Counted from the stretch's first letter, positions 24,227-37,700 are shown. The stretch: 64,000 nucleotides of DNA from Bilabrum cf. latius (GCA_965178125.1 OZ237762.1:310001-374000); one strand, 5' to 3'. Notes: a model not told the origin generated them from the sequence alone. Numbers and translations: made by a program.

Positions 24227-27200
24227 TCACGCCAGGGTTGACGATAACACATTGCACGCATGGACGCTTGCCCTTGACTGTCCAGAGTCACGCAACTGCT
24301 CGAGGCGAGGAATGGCCCCTGCGTCCCTGACACAGTGCAGCAGGTCCTCGGATAGTAGTGCAATGCCTGCAAGCATTTCAACGGCAAGGTCTCTCACGTC
24401 CTCTTTGGCTGATCCAAGCAACACCACGAGTGCCGGTAGTACACCCGAGTCTACGACACTTTGACAGCCATTTTCCGACATGAGCTGCACCTTCTGTAAA
24501 GCTTGCATGGCATACCACACCACATTGCACTTTCGCGACCCCATCAGCGCCACCAGGCACGGCAGCGCGCCCGCATCCACCACAAGTTGCTTTAGCTCGT
24601 CCGGTCCGCACACGATCCCCTACAGAGCCGCTGCCCCCATCTCGGCCTCTCTGCCCTTAGCGGATCCCAGCAGCCCTACCAGTCCCGGTGCCGCCCCAGC
24701 ATCCGCCACCTGCTATTTTCGCTCGTCTGAGCCATCGGCGATGTTGCCAATAGCATCTGCTGCTATCTATGCCTCCTTGCCTTCGCTCGAACCAAGCAGC
24801 GCAACCAGTCCCGGCAACGCGCCTGCATCCACCACTTGCTTAACATGATCCTCTGTACCCGCGGTAATACTCCGCAAGGCCCTTGCGCACAGTTCTCGCC
24901 CCATACCCCGGTCTGATCCCAGCAGCGCCACCAAGCCCGGCACCGCTCCAGCTTCCACCACATGCTGCTTGCACTCGACCGAATTTACAGCGATATTGGC
25001 CAAGGTTCCGGCTCCTTGCTCTGCTTCCTTGCCCTTGTCCGATCCAAGCAGTGCCACCAGTCCCGGTAACGCTCCAGCATTCACTACATCTTGCTTTCGC
25101 TCATCCGATCCAACGGCGATATTTCGCAGAACCCCTGCTCCTAGCTCGGCCTCCATGCCCTTGCCCGACCCAAGCATTGCTACTAGACGCAGCGTTGCGC
25201 CAGCATCCACCACTTGCCGCTTTCGCTCATCAGATCCAATCACAATCAGTCGCAGTGCACCTGCAGCATGCTCAGCTTCTCTACCTTTGTCCGAACCCAG
25301 CAGCGACACTAGATGAGGCAAAGCTCCCGCTCTGAGAACCTAGTCCTTTCTCTCCTGCGACCTACAAACGATGTTCCGCAGAACCTCAGCAGCATATTCT
25401 GCCTACGCTCCCTTGCTCATTCCCAGCAGCGCCACCAAGCCGGGCAATGCGCCAGCATCCACGACTTCCTGCCGTCTCCTGTTGGACTCGTTAACGATGT
25501 AGTATAATGCCTTGGCTCCAAGCTCGGCTTCCGTGCCCCTGCTCGAACCAAGCAGCGCCACCAAGCCGGGCAACGCACCAGCATCTACCACTTGCTTCTT
25601 TTGCTCCTCTGTTCCCGCGGCAATGTCCCGCAGAAGCTCAGCTGCAAATTCTCGTTCCCTACCTTCACGCGATCCCAGCAGCGCCACCAAGCCCGGCAGT
25701 ACCCCTGTATCCACCACTTGCTGCCGGCTCTCGTTGGAATCGTTGACGAAACAACGCAGAGCCCCCACCGCAGCCTCGACCACACTGTTCTTGTCTGACC
25801 TCAACAGCCCAACCAGCTTTGGGAGAGAGCCTAGATCTATCAGTGTCTTGCAGATCCCGCCCGACTTGGATGCTGTTGCTGATATAGCTAGCGCTGCGCA
25901 CTCTGCATCGCTTGCTCTGGTCGATGACAGCATGCCAACAAGTTGATGCACAGCGCCCGACAGGACCAAGTGGTCAACGAACTCCTCACCATCAGCCTGT
26001 ACTGCATGCCACAAAGCTAGGGCAGCCTAATCAGCCGCAGGTTCTGCGCACCTGCCCGCCATGTAGAAGTTGAGACGCTGGAGCTGCCTTGCATCCTCCA
26101 ATAGCATCTTCTGCAAGGCATGCCGGACGCTTGCTATCATGGGTTGCACCGCTGAGCCTACACCAGCCCAACCTGCACCGAACTCCACATGCAGTAGCAT
26201 CAGCGCCCTGTACACCCCTGTCCAGTTCGCGCCACGCATCATCGAACTGAGGAGCTGGTGCAGTTCGCTGACAGCATCTCCGTACATGGGCCCTTCTCCA
26301 GCCAAAGGAGCTAGTAAAGGCCTCACCTATGCTTCCACTGACTCGGAGCTGTGCTCGAGCGGTCGGCTGGCCTCGGTATCTGCCTGGCTCGCCTTGTCCC
26401 AGCACGGCAGACGTTCCAGTTCTTGCTGCAGGGTGGTGCACGCATCCCGCACCCCTGTTCTCCTCTGTTCCTCGCACTGCAGCAGCCCCTCCACTAGATC
26501 AATGAACCACGGAGGACACCCCGCAAGTCGGTCGCCTCGTGCCACTGCCACACCTTTCTCAAGTCGAGCCAATACGGTTCTTGCGCCACCTGCTGGTACA
26601 CGCCTCCCGCCACGCAGCTCCAGGGGATATGCATCCCCGAATGGGTGCTACCCTCCCGTGGCAAGCTCGTGCAGCAGCACGCCCAGCGCCCAAGAAGCTT
26701 GCTTGCCGAGGGGAACAATTGCATCATCGTCACCTGCCGCTCCCTAGCTCCACCCGTCTAGCACCTCGGGGGCCAGGTGGGCCTGGTTGCCCCAAGCGGC
26801 ACGATCTGTAGACCTCAGCTCCCCGTACGTGACCAGGTTTAGAGCCCTGCCAACTGACGTCTCTGTCCTAGTGGTGGTCGCCTCTGTCCCTGGGCCTGAG
26901 TGCTCGGCCAGCGGGTGCGTCTGTGCAGCTGCTTCAGCTGCCCCCTTGGCCTCCTCTTTGCCCCGTGCCGCAGCGGCTCCTGGCACTTGCGTCTTGGACG
27001 CTTCCAAACACGTATCACCTGTATCTACTTGGAACGCATAGTCAAGACCAGAGAGCACCACCCGCCCTGAGCCATCTGGATCCCCCTTCGAGTCCCACTT
27101 AAGGCTGTCCAGGCTCAGATTGAGGTGGACGACCCCATGCTGCAGCAGGTGGTGCACACCGTCCGCTACATCCTTCGACAGTTGAACCAGCACATCATCT

Positions 27201-27835
27201 GGTAAAGATCCTGCAGCACCTTCTTCAACGCTTGCTAGGTGATCGCGCAGCGTTTGCTCTGGGAGCTCTAGGCCCAACACTTTGGCGATTGGTCGAGGCG
27301 CAAAAGCTTGCGGTTCGGCTGGCATTTCAGGGCGACTGCAGTCATCGTCCGCAAAGTTCATCCAAGCAGCGGGTAATTGCACAAGCATCCAGGCGGGCAA
27401 TATCGCTTCGCCCTCAAAAATGAGTCGCACGATATTCCGATGAGTGGGCAGGCTAGAAATCAAATCAGTCTGTCGATATCCACCCTTTTTCGGCTCCAGC
27501 GATGTCAAAGGATCAGTGCGATTCATGATTGCCTTAACCATTATGTGTATCGGGCTAAAAGCTACCGTTGGTAGGTCGGGCTCAGCTCCTTCAACTTGCC
27601 GGCCAAACTCGGCACGGAAGACACAGGCTTGCTCGTCCAAGCCAAGAAGTGAGGAACCCGATGCAGGCTTGCGGCAACGATCAATACAAGACATAGCAGT
27701 TGTGCTGTCTTCACTTGAACTACTCGAGCTCGTCATGGAGGGCTTATCACCCACTGGCACTTGAAGAGGCCTGGAGCCAACGCCACTGCAAGCCGCACCA
27801 GCCCCGCTGTGAGCATTGCTAGACTCCATTTCCAT
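24227..27835 (-). CDS. ~1202-aa PINK1-like pseudokinase fused to ~13-14 armadillo repeats
   Basis: HRNIVRL, TLRDHL, GVHHLLQHGVVHLNL, GNQAHLAPEV and WALGVLLHELATGG*HPF, then 42-aa VVDAGALPGLVALLGS repeats. One frame with nine TAGs. Ends TGA. Confidence 0.85.
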
Positions 27836-28062
27836 TACAACAGAGATTAAACCGCGAGTTTCGATATAAGTGTTGCGGGACTAGTGACAGCCTTGCGATC
27901 TGATGATCCAGACCTGCTCGTTCTCAAGCTCTGCTGCCAGTGATGAGTGATGACCAACACTTGACAATGCAATGCAACGTGATGCAACCCAGTGGACGCA
28001 GATAATCTGATAGTACGCTACTATTATCAAGCGTCACTCAGAGGTTGCCCTGCGTCGTCCGC

Positions 28063-30527
28063 TCACCCTTGGGAGGGGAATCCCTCCGTCTTCCACGCGC
28101 CCCTGCACGCCTTGATCTGAGCTGGCTTCTCCTGCAAGAAGCTCTTCACCGCATCGAGGCTCTGGTCTGGCGCGAAGGCCCACGATCGGTCCCAGGTGAC
28201 CTGCTTGGCAAGCACGTCCTCCCAGCCCTAGCCCGTGCTGTCCACCCACCACTGGAAGCACTTCTGGTTGTAGTCAGCCACTGCCTGAGAGACTGAAGGG
28301 TAGTCGATCTCCTGCTTCAGCAAAAGCTCCAGCCGAACCACCTCCTGCGGCAGCTGCCCCGCCAGGTCGTGCATCTCCCCCGGGTCCTCCGTCAGGTTGA
28401 ACAGGAGCGGGCGCACCTCGCTGCCGGTGCCCCAGGTGATCAGCTTGAAGTCCCCCTGCCTGACGAGATACCACGACATTGTAATATCGGCCCCGTGGAA
28501 CTGCGCCCACGCCACGTTGTCCTTGGGCATGGGCTGCTCCCCCTTGAGGATGGGCAGGAGACTCTTGCCCTCCACCACAGGGGGCAGCTCAGAGTCGGGC
28601 ACCGCGGCGATGTCCGCGAACGTCCTGAACAAGTCCAGTGTGGACACGGGCTCGCTGATGGTCTGCGCCTGGATGCCCGGCCCCCATGCCAGGAACGGCA
28701 CGCTGGCGGATGCTTCGTAGGGTGACATCTTGTAGTATCCCTGGTGCTCCATGTTCATGTCGCCGTGGTCCGCGATCACCACGAAGACTGTGTCCTCCGT
28801 GGCACCGATGTCCTCCACAGCGTCCACGTACTGCCTCACCATGTGCAGGAACTCGAGGATGGACGCACTACGGGAGATACGTAGGCGTGGGAATGCGTGG
28901 GAAGGAGAAGAAGAAGAAATAGGCCGGCAGGACACTTTCAATGGGGACTGGCGCGCACTGGAAGTAGCAGATTAGGTGGTCCCGGATGGGGGTGCTGCGC
29001 CGCAACATACACCGCTCAATCCCCTTCGGTGCACCAATCCATGCATCCATCCATTCATTGGTATGCCTTACGCGTACACCCTCCTGTACTCATGCCTCCT
29101 GTCCTTCGAGTAGAAATCCTCGGCAGCCCCTGGAATGTCCATCCTCGGGAGGCATCCCTTGAGCATGATCTGGTCCGCGTGGCATGGGTGCGTGCTGTTC
29201 CAGTCCTCCCACTCGGGAACAGTCACAGCTGGGCAAAGCATTAAAGAAATAAATCGTGAAAGAAGGAAGGCTAGGATTTATCACATGGAGTCGCTACGGT
29301 CGGATGCTGCCGCTGGCACATGACGGCAGGCTCGGTGTGCTGCTGCCCGAGGCGGGCAGCTGTCCAGGCAGATCGCCAGCATCCCGCCCTATGCCTCTCG
29401 ACTATGCAAAACAATAGCATCTTTCCCCCTCTCACCGTCAGGGTCAATTTGATCGTAGTACTGCCTCGCACCACGGACAGGAGGGTGGACGATATTCATG
29501 CCCTGGTACGCGAAGAACGACTGCCCCTGCTCGTTGGCCGCCTTGCCGCTTGTGCGGATCCATTCAACGGAGCTGTTCAGCGTCTTCCAGTCGCCTACGT
29601 TGGACTCTGTGCCGTTCACGACGGTCGGATGCTGCCGGCAGTCGTTGGGCTGCGGCTGCTCGTTCCAGCCGCCAAAGTAGCCGTCCCACTGCCAGTCGAC
29701 GTAAGTGCCGGCAGCCTGCAAGAGATCTGCGATTCGAGATACGGCTCAAATTCCAATGGGAACGCTGCACCTCATCAGCTGTTGTCAGAAATATGCAAGC
29801 GGTGGCGCTGCGCGTCATTCGGGCCACGAAGTGCAACTGTCTGCTGGAGCCCTGCTCACTCCATACTGTGTGGCCTCCAACAGTCCAATCTTCCTTTCCC
29901 CTGCATAGTAAAACAGAACGGAGAAAATATGTCAGTCGCACGATATGACTTTCTCAGGCTGCATCTCACGAAAGAAGCAGCGCTCACGAAAGAAGGATCT
30001 TGTAGTTGCTAGATCGGTTCAGCGAATCGAAAATAAAGTCAGAGTAGTTTGCTGGATTGCCTTCCTTATTATTCCACACGCCGGCAGTTTCGAATCTGCC
30101 TGCGAGAGAAATAGTTTGCTGGGTTGCCATACGAGAGTATCCCATGTAATTTCGGACTGCCAGCACAAGCGCCGATAGTAGTGCAACCTCCTACTTAAAC
30201 ATGCCTACCAAGCTAGTGAAAGCAGTGCCGTACATCACGAGGCTCACACTGTGATTCGTGCGGGATCTTGTGTATCGGCCTTCCAGTCCAAAGGCTGCTG
30301 CGGCTAGGGGCGCATACAGGTGACGTAACATAGGCACTAGAGAAGCGTGTTGCCTTCTTCACTTGATCAGCAATGACGTCGAACGGGATAGGAGACCCAT
30401 CATTCAGCATTCGTCCGTCGATAGACTCGCAAATAAGAAAAACTATGTTTGGGGTCTTGATGGCGCTCCCAAACGCCATCGGCATTGCGGACGCAGCGAG
30501 GACATAAAATGAGTAGCAGATTTTCAT
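28063..30527 (-). CDS. ARSK: Arylsulfatase K-like secreted sulfatase, multi-exon
   Basis: Signal-like N-terminus, PNIVFLICESIDGR, SPVCAPSR (CxPxR), VWNN, GMNIVHPP, ADHGDMNMEH..YKMSPYE and LFNLTEDPGE. Several GTGAG..CAG introns. TAG at 28228 is internal; ends TGA at 28063. Confidence 0.88.
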
Positions 30528-32588
30528 GATGTCGAAGCAGCAGCTGTTTGTACGCTTCTGTACAGTGGCATAGTCGCCGAGATCCGTCGAATGTAACGGA
30601 ACAATACACAATTTACTGGTTTTTGCCGGTTCCGGATCAGCAATTTGCGCGGCGCCCAGATAATTCGGAGAAGAAATCATGATGCAATTCGATTCAGCGC
30701 GCTCTTGCGAGTCTGCTGGTGCGCCTTTCAACTCAATACGATGAGATTAAGTCTGTTAACATGCCATTCAAAGAATTGGCCTCTAGCAGGGAGCTGCAGC
30801 TTTGCGCGGCGCCAAAACTGTGTGATTAGTGTCGCACGACACCCCGACACTGCCCGGATACCCCTTTCTAGTCTACAAAATAGACCTAAAAATATACCTG
30901 TATGATAATGATGCTAAATTATACGCTGCTGTGCAGACGAATGTCTGAATAAGATTCATTTGGACACGACAGGGTCCACGGTCATCCCTCTGGCAGCCGC
31001 AACAAACTTGCTTCGATTGGCCCTCTGAGATACTGAATTTGATTACACTCCTCATAATTCTGAGCAAATTGATGACTTTATTCAAATAACGCGCTCATAT
31101 TCTGCTGTGCGGTTCATGAGTAGGGTGTTTCCCGTGAGGATGACTGAACCAGGCCGCAGAGTTAGCTATTGCACATTTACCTCACCAATCTGCAGCTTAC
31201 CGCGAATTGAGACCAACCACTACATTTTTTGTATTGATCGTATTCAGAAAATCGAACAGGAGGCTACTATGGCCATCATTAGGACCCGAGCAGCACCAGC
31301 AGCTGTGCGGGTGGCCAGATCCAGAAGACCTGAAGTACGCCATGCTATTCTACACCATTGGGACTGAAAATCCGTACACTGCCTTTTATTAGGTATATTA
31401 ATACCATGATTAGTCTCAAACTAGTACTGGCCTCATAGATTTGACACAATTGTGTTCTGAATGGTACCAAACCACTGGAAACAGCCACAACTTGCGAAAT
31501 TGTAGGACCTGTACAAATACAGTACCATACACAAACAAATCGTATGTATAAATAAACTATAAGTGTATCAGGACAGTGGTGAATTGGATTCTGCCCAAAA
31601 TGAATCGAGATCTGACGTCAAATGAGACCATCCTCGGTTCTAATGGACTCTCTGTGACATACTGGAGCGGTGATTTGTTTTAAATACCTATTTGATCTGT
31701 AATGAAGTCGACCAATAGCGCATTCTATTCGTCGAAATGATTGCACAATAGGGATGCAGCGTGGACTGTGGTTTCAGTGGCATTTGAATCAGCGTGCTGC
31801 TCCTCTCGTTAGCCTTACGGTGGTTGTATGGTAATTCACTAATTACACAATGAAAAAACCTCATTACATGGAAGATACGCTATTGATGTCGCGTGATAAT
31901 CGACGAGTTGTATTGTGTCGGGGATCGTTGCGGTCAAGAATTGGTGTGATGAATGTGTCGGGGTAAGTTACAACCGACGGATTCGTTGGTAATTTGTAAC
32001 GAGTCAAATCCGTGTTTGGCCCGGGGGGGATAATAAGTTGTCCGCTGGCTTTGTTGACCTGGATCAGCGGGGTAATTCTTGAGCGTATGTTGAGCGGACT
32101 ATTCCAGGCAATGTCCACTCGAATAGTTTTGCTCCCGTCTGATTCTGGAATCATGGTGGCACTTAAGAGGCTAGCAGTCCTGCCCCGTATGCGCCGTATC
32201 GGGATCCCTGATTCGGCTGCGGCAAGGTCCGCGGACATAGAAGATTGTGCTTAATAGTGGAAATAAACTATATTCTGGTTAGTTGCTACCAGCAACTTGC
32301 ACACGCCCCCCCAGGTACCCAGGGAGTGCAGCAGGGAGTTTTCCCGCAAGTGGTATAAAGGAGACTGAGTCTGATTCGTTTGTCGATGTCTTTTAGTAGT
32401 GAGATGATACGTGTCTGTACAATAAGGATGGCTCTGTATTTTGGTGGTTGATTCTGCAAATGAAGCTTTCATGGAAGCCGTGGTGTCAGCCAGTGTCCGC
32501 AGCGGTGAAATGGTCCGGGGGCACGCCGCGGCCGGTGTCAAACCGGAAGTCGTGACGGTCCACTCACGAAGCCCTCACAATTTACCCT

Positions 32589-33938
32589 ATGGCCGCCGTC
32601 GCTGGAGCTAGCAAGGTCGCAAGAGTTCCATCATCAACTAAATCCGTAGATGGAAATGTGCCGCTCGTGCTTGTAAGCGGGGCTACCGGCTATGTAGGAT
32701 CATGGTGCGTGAACACTCTCCTCGGTGCTGGCTACCGTGTCCGGGGAACCGTGCGATCCCTTACTTCAAAGAAAGTAGAGGTACTTAAGTCACTTCCAGG
32801 AGCCCATGAGAGGCTAGAGCTGGTGACGGCCGATCTGTTGCAGCCTGCCGACAAGTGGAAGCCCGTAGTTGCTGGCTGCGATTTTATTCTTCACGTTGCT
32901 TCACCATTTTTCATCAGCGACAACGAGGACGAGTGAGGAATATCACGCTGCATTGTAATTACCCTACACCCGCTGTATGTGCTCGCGCCATGATGCGCAA
33001 GTGGCTGCGCGTTTCCGACATTTGTGTGTACGTGTCGCAGACTTGTGAAGCCAGCGGTAAGCGGCACCCGCGTTGTGCTTCAGGCAGCCAAAGAAACCCC
33101 AAGCGTAAAAAGAGTGGTGCTGACTGCATCGATGGCTTCCATCATGTACGGCCACGGAAGCCTCAACAAGAAGACGTGGACGCCCGAAGATTTCTCAGTC
33201 CCCGACGGGCCCGACATCGACGCCTACTGCAAGTCCAAGACGCTCGCGGAGCAAGAGGCATGGAAAATCGTCCGCGGTGAAGGCGATTACGCCAAGGACG
33301 GCCCCGCCAAGTTCGACCTGGCCACAATCCACCCGGGTCTCATCACCGGCCCGGTGCTCGGCCACATCGGCAAGTTCACTTCCATGGACATTATGATGCA
33401 GGTGCTGGACGGCAACTCCATGGTGGACGGGGGATTCCCCTCTGTGGACGTGCGTGACGTGGCCCGGGCCCACGTACTCGCCATGGTGACTCCCGCGGCG
33501 GGCGGCAAGCGGTTCATCACGACCCACAGCGCTATGCCCCTCATCGACGTGCAAAAGGCCCTCGCTGCTGAGTTCAACGGTAAGGGGTATTCCGTGTCAA
33601 CGGGACTGACCCCCACGTGGCTGATCAACTGCCTCGCCTGCTGCGTGAAGCAAGCAGCCACGGCTCAGTCGCTGATCGGCAAGTTCCCTCAGGTGGACAG
33701 CAGCGCCACCCAATCGGTGCTTGGCCTCAGGTTCATGGGCCAGCTGGACTCTTACATCGACATGGGACACTCCGCCATCCAGCACGGGTATGCAGAGGAC
33801 AAGTCCGAGGACAAGTCGCTGAGCAGAAAGCAGCCCGGGCTGATGGAGCCGTTTGTGGACGGTATCAAGATCAAGGGCAGGGAGGCCGTGGAGGAGGGTG
33901 CGGGAGGTGGAGCAGCTGCCTAGGGTGAGGACAAGTGA
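32589..33938 (+). CDS. NAD(P)-dependent epimerase/dehydratase (dihydroflavonol/cinnamoyl-CoA reductase-like extended SDR); intron 32933-33040
   Basis: VSGATGYVG, GYRVRGTVR, HVASP, YCKSK (YxxxK) and VDVRDVA. TAG 33921 read through gives *GEDK-TGA. Confidence 0.92.
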
Positions 33939-34115
33939 GCCAAGGGTGAGGCCAAGTGACCGATCCTGGCTGGTGCTGCACGATCCCGGGTGTGATATGC
34001 GTGCTGAAAGGATGCGATAGAGTGCAAGTTTCCATTTTGTTTGTTTCGAAGATCCATCGCCGGGCAGAGGCGAGAGATCACCGAGCCGCGATCAAAGCCC
34101 AAGCTGCCTGGCTCT
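33601..34115 (+). repeat. 515-bp direct repeat, left copy
   Basis: Matches 41155-41669 with four substitutions found by eye (33665, 33671, 33960, 33996). Confidence 0.95.
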
Positions 34116-34234
34116 CTATTGGTAAGGCCAGCAAGGTCTCTGAGATTGAGGTCGCTCGGTGGGCGCAGGACCCACTCGAGGAGCAGGCTCAGATGCGACG
34201 TAGCGATACGGAGGAGTGTGAGAGAGAGAGCGGC

Positions 34235-34355
34235 TAGGGAGGGGAGTTGCAGGGGTGGGGTGGGGTGGGTGAATGAAGGGGTTAGAGGGGGTGGGATGGG
34301 CGAATGGAAGGGGTTGGGGGGGGTGGGATGGGCGAATGGAAGGGGTTGGGGGGGG
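34235..34355 (+). repeat. G-run-rich tract with a ~32-bp tandem duplication and G-quadruplex potential
   Basis: GGGGTGGGATGGGCGAATGGAAGGGGTTGGGGG twice, plus further G3-G7 runs. Confidence 0.75.
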
Positions 34356-34775
34356 CAGAGCGGAGGGAGAGAGGGACGACGGTTCACCGGAAAGGGGGAG
34401 GAAGTAGTGGAGGAGAAGATGATTGGTGGGGTCATCGGGTTGATGCGGCGGATTGGAAGGGGGAGGTACAGGCCGGGAAGGTGGGGGATTTGGGCATGTA
34501 TGTGACGGGTGACTCGGATCAGGGGGATCGGATCACCCGACCACATGCGGATGTGGAAGTTGAGAGGTCACAATTAGACTCGAGCGGCAATCAAGCCGGG
34601 CGCTGAGGGGCAGCGCTCGGAACAAGAATGCGGCCGTGCCAGTGGCGGGGTCCAGATTCCCTTGGCGGGGTCTGGTCTCCGCAGCAGGCAGTCACAACCC
34701 AGCACCGTCAATACGCAAAGGGAGCAAGCTAGCAGGCCACCATTCCGTAAAATCTCATACTGGTCTTCATTTTCC

Positions 34776-37700
34776 ATGATTCGGGGCTTTCGGACGGTTT
34801 GCGTCGCTTTGAGTCCGCGCGTCATTCGACGAATTGCCGTCCGCAGCCTCGCGACAGATATGCGCAATGTGCACGGCTTGATGAGATAGCAGCGTATCAT
34901 TTCGAGCAAGTGTAGCGCACGTCTTGAGTACTATGGCAGAGGGATGCAGCGCACGCTTTTGTCAGATGCTGTGGTTGGCCCAGGCACTACATTATCATCA
35001 ATCAACCAGAAATGGACGATGACTTTGGGGACAGCTTGGCACGGTTAGCGGTCCATGGAGGCATTCATTTTGCAAGTCCCCTTATTTTTTGAAGAACTTC
35101 AGAGGCAATCGCGGGAGACTGTAGAGCAATCTGCTTCAGCCATGTTGAGCTGCCAGCGTCGGGCAATTATTGTTGCTAGGCAACACAAAGACAAGACTCC
35201 AGGCGAAGTTGCTGAATCGATTCACACTCTGATATCACGTGAAGCTGCTTCTGATGATCGCATCCTCTAGGGTGGCGATGAGTTACAAGCTGCAGATGCC
35301 GACAACGTGCAATACCTTCTCAATCAAGGCCTACTGAGCTATATGGCGCACAAGGGCTCGATTGATTACCTTCGCAGCGATCAGGCAATACTAGATATGA
35401 AGGAGATGAGAGACATCATCCGCGAGTCGCTTGAGCAAGATGATTCGAAGCGTAGGAAGGAGGAGGAACGGCAAGAACAGAAGCGTAAAGAGGATGAGCG
35501 GCTTGCGAGTGAGGGCCTGCCTCCTGCAGACTACCTCGAACAGATTCGTGGGCAACAGATCGCGATCGACGCTGAGGCTATTGTTTCCTCCATCAGCAAG
35601 GCAGCGGCAAGGACCGGCTTTCAGATCCCACGGCCATTCGAGGGGGGTACTGTCGCAGAGGCTATCAAGAGGCATATCTAGGCAAACTGTAGAGGAGTGG
35701 AACTTGCTGACGCCGTGCGCGAGTCTCTGCGGCTACTTGGAGATGCCATGGTGGACTTGAACGCAAGTGCGAACGCTAACCCTAAGAACGCTATGGAGTG
35801 GTCAGCAAAATGGAAGGTGGCCATGTTCCCGATTGTCGATGCGCCGGACAGCCAGTCTCCACGGCGGCAAAAGCTTGATGTGTTATTGAAATTGTGCTTT
35901 GGCACGGATCCGGTGGGTCTGAGAGGTGGGACGTTGATGGGATACGAGGGCTTGGGCAAATCGCAGATAGTCAAGAACCTTGTGCTTGGCAAGCAACTCG
36001 CTGGGTGGGCCCTGAAGGGCCACCCTGGCAGTGATCGCAGGCATCACGTTGGGATCTTTGTAGAGGACCCCAGCATGTCCACTCTCGGATTGATGCGCGT
36101 GCGGCCACCATGGGCCCATGTCGCCGTGGAGTTGGATCGATTGGGTCTGCTTAGGGATGAGAACGGAGATATTCCATCCTGGGCACATTCAGAGGTTGCG
36201 TGCTACCGGGAGGCTCAAATGAATTTTTGGATGGTGGACAGAGACATCGACTGCTTGATCGCCTACGACGAGGCCCAGCACGCGCGCGAAGTGGTACAAG
36301 AAAATCGCGGAGGAATGGTCAAATACACTGCGCGATCCAAGCGATTTTGGGATGGGATTGACGATTGCGTTCGGATCGACACCCAAGCGATTATGATTGT
36401 GCTCACTGGCACTGGCAGCGACTTGGGTCGCATCGTGTACGGGAGACGCGAGGAGACTGGCCAGTTTCCCGGGTCTGATCTGCAGCGCGACAAGTTCAAG
36501 TCGCGGTGGATGGAGTTCACGTACTCCGAGGCTGAGATCTGCCTCATGCTGCTTCGACAGCTGGCTGGGACAGAACGGGATAGAAATTGGGTGCCAGATG
36601 ACGGTAGTGACCCTGCTGCAGCATTGAGGCCAGTGTGTGGGCAAGATGCCGTGCTGGCCCTAGCCCTTGCCATTCGTGATGTTCCGGCCTCGAGTCCTTG
36701 GGCAAGCACGGGACAAGTGGTCCACCCTGGCCTTGAAGCCGTGCATGCAGCCGTGCAGTCGTACTACAGAGAACTAGAGGAGGGTAAAGCTGGAGATGCA
36801 GCTGGTTCGGTTTCACTTGACATTGCGCCGGCTGGCAGAATGACGAAGCAAATCGCTGAGCATGCCTTTAGCGACGACAGACTGATGCAAGTGGCAACGA
36901 GATCCAGGGAAAAGGTGATGCTCAGGGCGTGGTAGACGGGTGGCCTGGCCCGCAGTCTGGCTGACATCAACGGATAGGGTGAAGTGGATGGGTCTTCGAC
37001 CACGGAGGGAAAGATGGTGGAGTGGTTCCGGCACATGAACGAGAACATCGGAGGTTTCCGAGACGTTATGATTGCTATGGTCAGCTACATGAACAAGTTC
37101 CGACCGTCGTGGCTGTCTGACTCAATCGTGAATCCGATGGCGGAGATGCCGACGATACTCGTGGTTGAGCTGGTGGGAGAGATGGAGACCCTTGTAGGTG
37201 ACAGCAATACCAATGGAGAGGAGTTGGCGAAGAAAGTGACGCTGCTGAAGAGGCACCTAGCTCGTTGGCGTATCAAGTAGCTGATTGGGTATCGCACCCA
37301 GTAGGAGGGGCTGTACACGTCGCAGGGGCAATCTATCTCAGAACCGTCTGCCAGCTTTCTCGGAGGCTCATTTGCATTTCTGACGCAGCAATACACCGCC
37401 ATCATGAAAGGTGTGTACGTGACTAGGCGAGAGCTTGCATCACTGCAGACGCAGGAAGGCCAGTTTGGCAAGGACTTTGAGATGGTTGTGGCCGAGTCGC
37501 TGCACCGCGGGCTGGTGTCCAAGATACTGGCGAAGGGGGTGCTGCCCAATGTGCCCAAGGAAGTGTGGGAGGGCAAAGAGGATCCCATTGTAGAGCACGA
37601 TCGCGCGAATAGCTTGCTGGATGAGGACTGCCTCTTCTACATCAACAAGCCATGCGAGCACTCCCGGGAAGAGCTCGTGGGACGCGTGATGCGGGAGCAC

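Noticed and set aside
33918-33959. 21-bp duplication giving a second in-frame TGA after the SDR stop
   Set aside because: A single small duplication is not enough to claim selection for tandem stops.
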